Origin: Guillardia theta CCMP2712
Taxonomy: Eukaryota > Protista > Cryptophyta
NCBI RefSeq assembly: GCF_000315625.1
Contig: NW_005434673.1
Span: 1,190,799 to 1,254,798, forward strand
Direction of reading: 5' to 3'
DNA length: 64,000 nt
Part shown: piece by piece, positions 51,800 through 64,000 of the stretch
How positions within the stretch are numbered: the first letter of the stretch is position 1
How the letters are laid out: each line of letters starts with the position of its first letter
Translations under genes and position numbers: made by a program
Notes under the pieces: generated by a model
Database searches by the model: none
Told to the model about the DNA's origin: nothing
Seen by the model: only the letters and a program-made list of their open reading frames with translations

Positions 51800-53188
51800 T
51801 GGGGGCTAATTTGCGCTTTATGGGAATCGAATGAGGGTGAAGGGATATCAACCCAAGGACTGCGATGAGGGAGCAAACAATAGATCGTGTGGCAGAAGAA
51901 AGTGAGGGAGACACAGGGGAGGAGGAGGAGGAGGAGGAGGAGGAGGAGGAGGAGGAGGTGGTGGTGGTGGTGGTAGAGATGGACGAGGAGGAGTGGTGCC
52001 TGAGCACTCTGTAGGGTTGCCAAGCTTCTATGCACCGGGAGATACACAGAAGGGGTGGGTGATCTTATTGCAGGGTAGTCTCAACAGGCTCTTCGTAAAT
52101 TTGGGTAGAGTTAGGGTAGTATGCCCACAAAAGCATGGGTAAAGGGGGGGTGGGTCATATGAAAGAGTCGTTATGTAAGGGTCGGGGTGCGAAAGTTGTA
52201 TATGTAGTGAGGGAGTCAGGGTAGGAGGTGTGGCTGACCAGGGGAATCGATGACTCCCGTTTCCGGAGGGGTAGGGTATTCATGAGGACCCCTTCATGTC
52301 CCAGAGGCCTGATTGACGAAATAGGGATCATTGGGGGGTTATCAAAAAGATTCTCTTCAAGGGGAGGGGGTGGCTGTTATTCGGGGGCCAAAGGCTGTCA
52401 GCAATGAAACCCAAGAAAAGTGAAAGATTGTGTTTTCAGTCTTGGTGTGTAGTAATGCTGCCTCCTCGCAGCATCTCAGAGCCGAGCGTTGCGAAGCGTT
52501 GCATCCTGATGGCGTTTTGATGAGGGGTGTACCAAGAATTCCTTGGTCATGAGGGTGGGTAGTCGTTCTATTTTATGGCACAATAATGTAGTAAAGTCAG
52601 TTGTGCAACGTAAAGGCCGGTGGGTTTGGGCACTGTGATTGCTCGCCCTCGGGGTAGGGGTGGTAAGTCCCACAGCAAGCTGACGACTCGATGAGACTGC
52701 TGATGAGCTCACTTCCTAGGACTCGGGTCCTAGATGATATTTCACATAGGTAGTAGGTATCACAGCAGTTAATCTGGTCACCCGTCGATTCGGGAGAGAT
52801 TCTCAGGGTAGGGTGATAAAATTCTTGTCGAGGTGTAGCGAAGGGGGGTAGGGTACTCTTTTTGGGAGGAGGCGGGAAAGCCGAAGGCTTTCACAGGGAA
52901 AAAAAAAAGATAACAGGGGAGCGGATCGGAGGTTGTCCGTGTGACCGTTACCGTTGGCGACGGTTATTTCTATCAAGAAGTCAACACCGTGTGCCGTGAG
53001 AGATATGAAAGTCACGCGTCTCTGAGTGTTCGGACTGCCGCCGGGCCCCGGGTGACTGAAGTTCCCGCCGGGCGGCCCGTATGCCGGGCAGGCGACTGTG
53101 ACCTCACAGCGGGCCCCCGCCAGGCATCTTGCTGCCAGCATTGGGATCCAACCAGTGCGCCATGTGGGCAACGGGAGGACGAGGACTG

Positions 53189-54482
<1,294 letters not shown>

Positions 54483-55292
54483 TGATTGGGCGAGAGCCTC
54501 GGAGTGAGCAGGCAGTGTCCGGGTCACGGCATCGTTACTGACACGACTGAGTCGGATTATTGGGACCCTCATCGACTCCGGCCCAGCCCAGCGTTGCGAC
54601 TTGAATGAGCTGGGGCAGAGCATGTTGCCATAACTTCCTCGTCCGACTCAAACTGCTCAGTGCTGCTTGCACTGGCAGTGGCGTGGGCGGCGCCGGGCCC
54701 GGCACAGCCAGCCACGGTCGGCCTCAACGGTTGACGGCGAAGGATCGTGCCAGTAGCTGCCGCCTTCGCTCACTTCTTCGGACTGCACTGAATGGTCACG
54801 CACACCGCACTCCGGCACCTGCCAGCCGGCTGAATGGGCAACTAACTTATTGTAGTTTTGAGTCAAAAGAAACTTATTGAATGCGCATGATGGAACCCGC
54901 GATGACCGTTTGGTGTGTCAACCTCATAGAATATCCGACCCGCCTCAGAGCCGCCCCCTGGTTCGCAATGATGCGCGGGGCCGAGATCTGGTAAGCCGGG
55001 AGGAGCAGAGAGGAGGAAGAGGAAGTGGAGGGGAGGGGGGCAAGATGCGGAGCAAGGAGAGCCATGAAGCAAGGGAGAGGAGAGAGGAGGAGAAGGAAGG
55101 GAAGGGACAAAAGAAGGACTGAGGGAGGGCTGGAAGGATCGCAAGGGTACGTTGGGGGGAGGGTGGGTCGCGAGAGGTGGAGGATAGTGGGGCGATGACA
55201 AGGAAGGTCGACTCATCTTTGAATGACTTGCCCATTACAGCTCCGATGCCAGATTTCTCAAGGTGACTCACTTGTAAGAACGACGGGAAGGG

Positions 55293-58200
55293 ATGACGAC
55301 TGCAGCCGCTGTGAAGGCGCTCATGCTAGTGGCATCATGCGATGTTTCTAGCGCATTTGTCGCAGTGCTACATGCTTCACCACAGATAAAGGCTTCTGTA
55401 GCCTTGACCAGCGACTTCCATGCTCGGTCCATGAAGGATAGCCGCAGTTGGCTGGGACCGCCGCAGATGATGGGTAGTTACGTCCGCTGCAGACAGTCAG
55501 TAAGATCCCGAGAGCCGGACACAGAGGACAGTTACCTCCTGCAGTCTCAGCTGCGCGCAATCTTTCTATCTCAGTCTCTCTCGTTGTTTGCCGATAAGAT
55601 GTGGGACTTTGCAATCCCTTTCTTCCTCCTCGCCTTGAATCGCGCGGACTCTACGTCCTTTGCTCTCATCTATGCCCTTGTGACAGGAGTCGCCAACATT
55701 GCCGGGTGTCCCATAGTTCGCTACTTCACGGAGAAGTACTCTCGCATGGAAACCATCACCTTCTGTCTGTGGCTTCAGATCTCTCTAGTAGTCTCCTCCC
55801 TGCTTCTGTTACGTCTAGCGTTCTTCCTGCAAACCTACTCGGTGCTGCTCTTCTACCTCATGGTCTCTCTGGTCACCGTCACCTGCTCGCTCGCCAGCCT
55901 TGCGAGCTTTGCCAGCAACTTTGCGGTGGAGAGAGACTGGCTCAAGTGCCTGACAGGGAGGAATGAAGAGAAGCTTCAGCAGTCAGACCTTATCTTGAGA
56001 AGAATCACTCTGGTCTGCCGTGTCCTCGCTCCCATCAGCGTTGGTTTCCTGCTTGCTTCCTTCTCAGCACAAGTGGCGGCAGCAGGTACTCCAACCTGCT
56101 CCCCTTCTCCTCTCCGCTCTTCATCCCCTCCTCCTCATCCTAATCAGAATGCAGGAATCGCATTCTGGACGCTTGTCAGCACGTGTATCGAGTACTCCCT
56201 TCTCCGGGACGTCTACCTGACCAGCCCCAACCTTTCTCTTCCAAGGACGAGACCATTCAGGTTCGGCACTACTGCTTGCTGCTTCCTGTGTGCTGTTCTC
56301 TGCTGCCTGTTGTCGTGCAGCAAGCATGATGCGTTTGGTAGGAGCCCTCAGGTGGAAGGGAGGAGGGGAGGAGAGATTCTTTCCCCCACCCAGACGCTGG
56401 TGCGAGTACGAGGACGCCAACGGTGGTGGCTGGCCTACAAGGCCTCATGGAGAGAGTATATGGACCTGGACGGTTGGACGCTCCTTGCCGCATGCGTCTT
56501 CTGACCATGACGAACGATGACAGGAGATGGGATCCTCTCTCCCTCCGAGCTCTCCCTTGCCGTCCGATCAGGTGGCGCTGCTTCCTTCTTCTGCTCGTCC
56601 TCCTCTTGTCCTCGTCCTCTTTTTCATCCTCTTCCTCTTCCTCGTCGTTTACCCTCCAAGTCTTCCATTCTCAGGCCCCCCCCCCCCCCCCCATTCTCGC
56701 ATCTTTTCAGCTTTCCCGTGCTCCTTCCTCGCCTCCTCCGCCCTTCCTGCCCACCACCCTTGACACAAGGACAGGCATCGTGCGATGCTGGGACCTCTGG
56801 TTCGGCTGCGCTGTCGGTATCCTCCTCTTCACCTACATCAAACGCATCCTGGCGCTCTCCTACGTGTAAAGAAGCGGCAAGAGACATTCGAGTTAGTCAG
56901 AGGAGCGAAAGCGAAACGACGATGATGAAGACAAGGAGGAAAAGGAGGATAAGGTGCGGGAAGGATAGGGACGATGATGGTGAGAGGAGAGGAGAGGAGA
57001 GGAGAGGAGAGGAGAGGAGAGGAGAGGAGAGGAGAGGAACGCAAGGGCAGTGGGAGGGAGGGAGGGATGAAGGGAGGGAGGGATGAAGGGAGAGAAGGAT
57101 GAAGGGAGGGAAGTGTCAGGGAAGCTCCTGGACAAGAGGCACACTCGAAGCTGTTTGAGGGTACAGGAGGCAAGGAGGACATGTTGACATCTCTATTGCA
57201 CAAGTTAATCCTGAGATGCGAGAGAATCGTTTGAAGAAACACAACAGACGGTGAACTAGATCATCATCCTCCGTTGAGACAAGGGAGGATATGATAATGA
57301 TGCGATTTCTGTTGTTGAAGATGGTCTGATAAAGAAAAGATGTAGCACGCAGCTTGCCACTGGCAACCGTTTCCTCCTCTTCCTTCATCCTGTAGAACAT
57401 TCCAGGACGATGTCTTGCCATCGAGAACCAAGCACATCCTCCTGCCTTCAACTTGACCGCCCGCTCTCCTCCTGCTCGCTCACCTTCGATCTTCTCCCTC
57501 GCAGCATCGCTTGCGTGCTCGGCAGTTCGATGTAGTGCTTGAGCTCGTTGAGAGCTGCCCAGCAGACCTTCCAGCTCAATTAGAAGGATCACAAGGGAGG
57601 AGGAGTGAGAGAATGAGGGCGAAGAGCAAGAAGGGAGTAGCGTCTTGTACAGCTCGGGACGTCGCTTGCTTAATGACGCCAGGGAGAGGGAATCCTGGTT
57701 CGACGCGGAGTTTGTAGACTACCTTCGTTTCTTGCCTGCTTGTAGAAGGAGCGAAAATGTGGGAAGGTGCAAGGGAGTGAGTGAGTGAGAGAGGGGAGGA
57801 CGAACAGCTTGGTGGGAGGGACGTAGCAGATGACGCAGGGGGACTTGAAGGGCAGGGAAGAAGGGAGGGAGGAGAGGAAGGTGGAGAAGAAGGAGGACAG
57901 CAAGGAGGAGAGGAAGGAAGCTTTGGACTGACTTGCTCGTCTCGATGAAGTGATAAGAACCCTCAAGCTCCTTGATCGATCCAGCAACCGCGTGCCAGCA
58001 CATCTTGGTGGGGCGCTGGATGCAAATGAGAAGTTATGATGATGATGATGATGATGATGAGGAGGAGGAGGAGGAGGAGGAGGCGGAGGAGGAGGAGGAG
58101 GCGGAGGAGGCAACCTGGTATTCGTACTCAAAAGTACTGCTCACTGTCCTCCCGAACCTGTCGAACCCATCACATGCAAGGACAGACAGCCTACGTCGCC

Positions 58201-58346
58201 CTCACATTCCCATGGTCATCACGACTCTTCTTCCAAGGTTGTTCACTGTGCGGCTCTCCACCTTCACCTGCCCCGCTGCTCCTCACTTCCTCCTTCCTCC
58301 ACCTCCCTCACGCACCGACGATGTCGCCCTCGCCCACTTGGGATAG
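55293..58346 (+). CDS. Ferroportin (FPN1/SLC40, IREG-type) with bipartite plastid leader (3' exons uncertain)
   Basis: IFLSQSLSLFADKMWDFAIPFFL, AVERDW, LRRITLVCRVLAP; later FDVVLELVESCPADLPAQLEGSQ; leader ...CDVSSA-FV. Confidence 0.8.
56983..57037 (+). repeat. (GAGGA)n microsatellite, probably intronic
   Basis: About 11 tandem GAGGA units. Confidence 0.9.
58036..58110 (+). repeat. (GAT)n(GGA)n microsatellite; similar (GGA)n runs at ~51919, 59801, 60166, 63399, 63855
   Basis: Direct inspection. Confidence 0.9.
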
Positions 58347-59347
58347 TCTTCAAAGGCAGTCGCGACTTGGAAGCACCTGGAAGGAGTTGAGGGAGGAGGT
58401 TGGGGGTCGGAGGGCGGCGCTCACTCCTCTGCCGTTGCCCGCACCATGATGGATCGCTCGACAGCATCCGACGCTGGTTCCTGCTGGATTCGAACAGAAT
58501 TGAGCTCAAGTAGTCAGCCCAGCATCTCCAGTTTACCTCCTCCCCTCCCGCATCGGCATGCGATCCCTGCGGGTTTGAGAGACGCTGCGTGCTGAAATTC
58601 GAACGTTCTCAGGATCAGTTCGGTGAGTGCTAACGGATCTTATCGTCTCTCACATCTCAGCAAGTCCTTTCTTGACTGAAGTCTCTATCCAGTCGAAGTT
58701 GACTTGGCACAGACATGTTCGAGGTCTCACGGGTCTGTTTCGCACCTCCGCTGCATGCCCCACAAGCATCGAGTGAGCCGACGCAAGCATGCTGAGAGAT
58801 CTGTTCGACGCGGTTACCATGAACAATCTCATCGACGAGCAGGTGAATGGTGCATGCGAGGTCAGGCAAAGAGCTGGAAGTTGGAGGGAGGAGGGGAAGA
58901 GCGGGGGAGGAGGGCGACAAGAGGCAAGGATGAGGGTGACGAAGAGGAGTGATGTCTGTCTGTCTGTCTGCCCGTCTTTCTGTCTGTCTGTCTGCCTGTC
59001 TTTCTGTCTGTCTTGTTCTTACATGATCGCATACGTCCGGATCTTCCAAGCTTGCCCCGCCATTTCCGACTCCTCCCCGATTGACCCTCATCCCCGCTCT
59101 TCTCAATCAAAGCACCGACAGATCAAAACAGCCCAGTGAATCAAATCCCGGCCCTCAGTGTCACTGCTGGCAGGGCCCGGCTTCCGAGTGAGCACCCGGC
59201 CCGGGGATCCAACGGTTGCCGTCATTGGAAGGTGCGACGCGGCCTTAGGACTTGCTGAGCCTCATGCCGATGAAGTCTTTACTCGCTGTCAACTACTTGA
59301 AGAGCTATCAAGTTGCTCTGTCTCTACCGTCAAGTCACGCGGAGGAA

Positions 59348-62316
59348 CTACGCTCTGAGCATGTCGATCCTCCTCGCCAGGTTGATGTCTGCAGCTGTCA
59401 CCTGCTCCTCCAGTCATTTCACCGTCTCCTGCTGCTCCCCCTCCCTTCACCGCCCCCCCGCCCCCGGCCCCACTCCTTGGCGCCTGCCCCTCTCCTCGTC
59501 GCTCCTGCCCAACTTCACCTTTAGGTTCGCGAAGGTTCCGAGCTCGACACGCACGTGGCATCCATCTTCAAGACCGTCAGCCACAGCAGACGCGCGGACC
59601 AGCGTCTCACCCTCTTGCTCGCACTTGCTGGCGGAGTTGAGGAGGAGACTAGGATGATGGTTGGCGCGCTCGGAGAGGACAGCCACGTCATCGAGGAAGG
59701 CTGTGGCGTCAAGGAACGTCTTGAACTTGAAAGTCCTATTGCAACGTGAGAAAGTGAAGAGGATATAAGTATGAGGACGCTGATAATAATGAAGATGATC
59801 AGGAGGAGGAGGAGGAGGAGGAGGAGGAGGAGGAGGAGGAGCACCTCTGCAAGACTTCTCTGTTGGTGGAGGAGCAGGTGCCTGAGCTCCAAAGAGGGAC
59901 TGACTTCTTGACGTCCGCCATGCTCACAGGCGCGTACTTGCTGCTCTCAGTTGGCTCCTGCTTGTGCCTCTTCTCAAGGTCGCGCGTCCTTGCGCCTGCA
60001 CGACAGTTAGCATGAGGGGAGGAGGGAGGCTGTTGAGGGGAGAGAACAGCAGGAGGGGCGAGGAAGCGAGGAAGGGTAAGAAAAGGCACGGAAAGGTAGA
60101 TTGAGGATGAGGATTGAAAGGGCAAGGGGAATGGAAAAGAGATGGTAGTTGAGAAAGGATAAAGTAGAGGAGGAGGAGGAGGAGGAGGAGGAGGAGGAGG
60201 ACAGTGGAGCAGGAAGAACAAGAAAGTGGAGGAGGAAGGAGGAAATTACGGGCTTCAGCGAGCGTGACGACGTTGAGCGTCAGAGCAGCCGCACAGGTCG
60301 GGCCAACACCATGGGGTGTCGGCGTGAGGACTCGAGCGACGTCCGCGACGTCTTCCTGCACGTCGGGGAGGAGGGAGGAGAGCGAGGAAGAGAAGGTTGT
60401 GCCAACGTTGATAACGATCGCACCCTTCTTGACCATGTCCTTGGAGATGAGATGAGGAGAACCGGCACACACGAATAGCGTGTCTGCTTGCAAGCAGAGG
60501 CTTCTCAGCTCCTCCTCTGACGTCCTGCTGTGACAGACCGCCACCGTCGCGTCTGCCTGCATCAGAGCAAGAGCAAGAGGAGCGCCAAGTTTGCGGGAGC
60601 GGCCGACCACGACCGAGAGGCCGCGGGTAACGGAGGGCATGGCGCCAGAGCGGAGCAGGAGCTGCATCACTCCCTCTACAGTGCAAGGGAGGACGAGAGC
60701 TGTTGGCAGCGTCCAAGGAACCCGCGGAGGATGGCCGACCACCTCGTCCTTGCCGCTGAGCGAGAGATCGAGGCCAAGGTCGAGAGGAGGCTGGTAGATC
60801 CCCTGAGAGCCCAGGACGACGCCATGCTTGTTGGAGCCAGGGAGAAACCCTTCGGCGTCCACGTCTTTGCTGGCAACGATGACACTTCCAAGCAGCTCGG
60901 CGTCCAGCTGGGGCGGCAGGGGACGCTCGAGGAGGATGGCGTCTACCCCGTCGTCCCTGTTGAGTGACATGAGCGCGTCATGCACGCGCCCGAAGCTCGA
61001 GGACGCCGGGAGCTCGACCCTCCTCGTGTCAATCCCAACGGACTCGCAGAGGGCAGCCTTGTCAAACCAGGACCTCTCCTTTTCCGCGAAGAGCTTCAGA
61101 CGCGTCTGACCGTTGGGGTCCTTCTCCCCCACGTTCACGATGGCAAGGCAGGGCTTCCTTCCCGTCCTCGCTGCGATGGCAGCGGCGCGAGCGCCGGCCT
61201 CTTCCCGCATCATCGAGCTGACCCGCAGCCCGTCTTGGAGCAGAGACACGTCCACGCTCTGCTGCTCCTTCTCCTCTGGCCAGACCTTCTGGTCCAGCGA
61301 CAGCTGGACAGGAACGAAGGAGGAGGCGTATCCTCGAGCAGCCATGGCGTTCGACGCCTCCTGCCACCGATGGGGGTCGATGAGTCCGACCTTCTCCTCT
61401 CGTCCCTGCTCCACCACGTAGCCCAGCACGCGCTTCAGAGTGTCCAGCTGGAACTGGAACGAGTCAACCTCAGTCCCAGTCAGGCATCCCAGCTCCTCCC
61501 GCGCCTCTAGGACAGCCTCCGTCGCCTGCTCGGGCTTCTGCTGGGCCATCCTCCAGCCTTCTCGAGAGGCTCCGAGGAACTCACGGAGCGCTTGTCGCGC
61601 TGGGTCCAGCTGGAGGGTCTTCCTGGAGCAGAAGAGAACCTGAGAGTACCCGAGGGGCAAAAAGGAACGGCCGTTGCTGTCCTTGACCATGTCCTCGAGA
61701 CGGAGGACGTGTGGGGCCTCTCCCTTCAGGATCCTTTGCAGCTCCAGCAGCTCCATGCAGTCGTAGATCTGAATGGCGTCCACCTCCCCTGCCACCAGAG
61801 CCTCGACCTTCTTCTCCCTGCTCACCTCCAGGATCTCGACCTTCCTTGACAGCTGGCTGTCGGCATGAGACACGAGCGTGTGCATGAGCTCCATGCTGTC
61901 GACGTGCATCCCGATCCTCCTGCCCTCCATGTCCTTGAGATTCAGCTTCTTCAGGGAGGCGATGGCAAGAGGAGAAGAGTGAAAGACAGTCCCGAACGCC
62001 ATCGCCTTCACCCCCCTGGCGATCGCCGGGATGAGCACGTTCTGCTCCACTGTTCCCACAGCAATCTCTGCTTCCTTGCCTGCCTCTCTTCCTTTGCTGT
62101 TGTACATGGCCTGCATCCGACACACAAGCTCCGGCTCTTCACCTCCTGCTCCTTCCAGGGAACGAGTCAGGAGGACGCGTCAAGAGAAGGAGGAGCTACC
62201 TGAAGGCTTGAGCACGTTGCAGAGCAGCCCTCTCTGCTCAAAGAGGCCGAGCTTCTTTGCAACATGGATTCCCGCAAACTGAGCGGATGGAAAATAATCC
62301 AAGAACAGGTTGATGC
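59348..62316 (-). CDS. NMT1/THI5-like binding domain + FolD-like methylene-THF dehydrogenase/cyclohydrolase + pterin-4a-carbinolamine dehydratase fusion (first exon not located)
   Basis: INLFLDYFPSAQFAGIHVAKKLGLF (NMT1); KPCLAIVNVG, KDVD, LPCT, VVVGRS, TPTPHGVGP (FolD); LQRTFKFKTFLDATAFLDDVAVLSERANHHP...VTAADINLARRID (PCD); NMT1 and FolD share one exon and the splice phases into PCD are consistent. Confidence 0.85.
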
Positions 62317-63054
62317 TAGTCAATGACTTGTGCATGTTGTATTGTGGTTTCTTTCAGTGAAATGAAAGTGTTTTGATTTCTAGCGCGCTGGTTTCTTCGA
62401 CAGCGCAGGTACCTCAGAGCTTCGTCTTCTCTGTTCGATGAAAGAGAAGCTTTTCTTGCTAGCAACAAAGATTGTTGCGGTCGACGGAGTGTGTTTTGAT
62501 TTTTAAAGCGCTGGTTTCTTCGACAGCGCTGCTTCGAAGCAAATCTGCAAGGAAAGACCATCTTTCGTAAGTATTGAGATAATTCCAAATCAAGCCTTAG
62601 GTACTCAACAAGTCAGCTAGTTATCTTGCAATCCCAAAAATCCTTTCCTTCTCTTCCCCGCCTTGGTTGTCAAACAATCCCGTCCTCCCAGGTATGTCCT
62701 CCATATCCCTTGGAGGACGTTGCTTCCAAACCTCTCACCTCTCCATCCTGATCCATCCTGATCCACCGTCTCCATCCTCTCCATCCTCCTGCTTCTATCC
62801 GTCGCCTCGCTCTCCCTTCCCTTCTCCTCCTCCCGTTCCTCATCTCTCGTGCACTCTGTGGCCTCATTGTGAGAGGGAAACACAGGGGTGGGAACACAGA
62901 GGGGGTAGGGGTGGTCATGGAGAAAAGGGGGGTGAAAATAAGTGTAATCATGGGGTGGGGTAGTAAAGTTATTACTTGGGGACGTCGTAATAATAACTTG
63001 CGAGATCCTGCAAAATAATTTATTCCATTATAAATGAGTTTAGCAGGATTTCTA

Positions 63055-63240
63055 GCGGCCCCGGCTCCCGGACTCGCGGCTGACCGTTCAGTGAGTCCCG
63101 GGCCCGTCAGCGACCGTCCCGAGTCCGGGCCGGTAGGCGGCATCACTGACGGCCTTACCGACTCTGTGACGGTGACTCGGTGCCTGGCAGGGCCCAATGC
63201 CGACTGAGTGAGTCTACTCATCCGAGTCCCGCGGCCGCCA
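63055..63240. repeat. Short GC-rich palindrome-mosaic island
   Basis: CCCGGG, GAGTCCGGGCC, GTGACTC, TGAGTGAGTC words. Confidence 0.55.
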
Positions 63241-64000
63241 CCTTCCTCTCACGCGCTCCTGTACTTGTCCTCTTGCAGATTCTTCACGTAGCGATTCTTG
63301 GACAAGTTAAGGCAGCGGATGGTGAAGCGGCGATAGCTGCCATCATGGCCTGTTAGACGGCAGCAGGTGCGGGAGGGGGAGCAAGGGCCCATTAATAAGG
63401 AGGAGGAGGAGGAGGAGGAGGAGGAGGAGGAGGAGGAAGAGCAGGAGCAAGAACAGGAGGAGCAGAAGCAACAGGGGCATCAGCAGCAGCACACAGAAGC
63501 GTCACCTCTTCCACAGAGCTTTGTCCCATATGACATCCTTCTGAATATGAAGTTACCTCTGCTCATTCCTCCTCCCTTCCTCCCTCTTCCTCTTCCCTTC
63601 TTCCCCCATCATCTTCCTTGGATCCTTGCCGTACCCTCCTTCCTCTCCCTCCTCCTCCTTCCCCTCTCCCCCTTCTCCCTCTCTCCTTCTTGCTCTCCTC
63701 AACTCCCTCTCTCCCCTCTCACCCCGTCCAGCTGCGACGGCTTCCATGGGGACCACAACCAGGGGTGCCCCTCGTCCCTCACGCAGTCCTGAAGAGGAGG
63801 AAAAGGAAGTGGAGGGGAAGTAAGAGGAAATGAAGGAAAAGGAGAAATATGAGGGAGGAGGAGGAGGAGGAGGAGGAGGAGGAGGAGGAGGTGCATCGCA
63901 AGATGCAGGTGCATGTGCACTCCAGAAATAAAAAGAACTCATGGAGTTTCACTTCTGCCACCTCTAAACTTTAAGCAAAAAGATGATATGTCCGCATTGT

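Noticed and set aside
59924-60250. Poly-Leu transmembrane tail on the 733-aa ORF
   Set aside because: Read-through into a (CCT)n intron; splicing instead leads to the PCD domain.
62368-62530. Two ~40-bp near-identical segments about 120 bp apart
   Set aside because: Small local duplication, probably intronic; no TIR or TSD evidence.

Overview
Eukaryotic nuclear DNA, most likely a cryptophyte alga (Guillardia theta-like). This is inferred from many short GT-AG introns with CTGAC branch points, bipartite signal/transit leaders, a GtR3-like microbial rhodopsin and a signal-peptide-bearing starch phosphorylase. Recognisable genes: a pfkB kinase, a glucan phosphorylase, an acylated repeat/EF-hand-like protein, a CCHC/RGG RNA-binding protein, a bHLH-PAS factor, a type-1 rhodopsin, a NAGPA-like protein, a ~5000-aa PA14/filamin/YHYH/FG-GAP giant protein, a PARL-like rhomboid pseudoprotease, a plastid-type ferroportin and an NMT1/THI5-FolD-PCD triple fusion. 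A young but defective Ty1/copia element (21999-30474) sits just upstream of the rhodopsin. Intergenic DNA carries GC-rich palindrome mosaics and GGGTAGGG clusters. Most notable: (1) three unrelated signal-peptide proteins end their leader with the ubiquitin C-terminus LRLRGG; (2) the NMT1-FolD-PCD fusion; (3) the giant nested protein with phage-virion-like modules; (4) the D-T-W rhodopsin; (5) a copia element with a palindrome where the tRNA primer site should be. Exon models were assembled by eye and no database searches were run.
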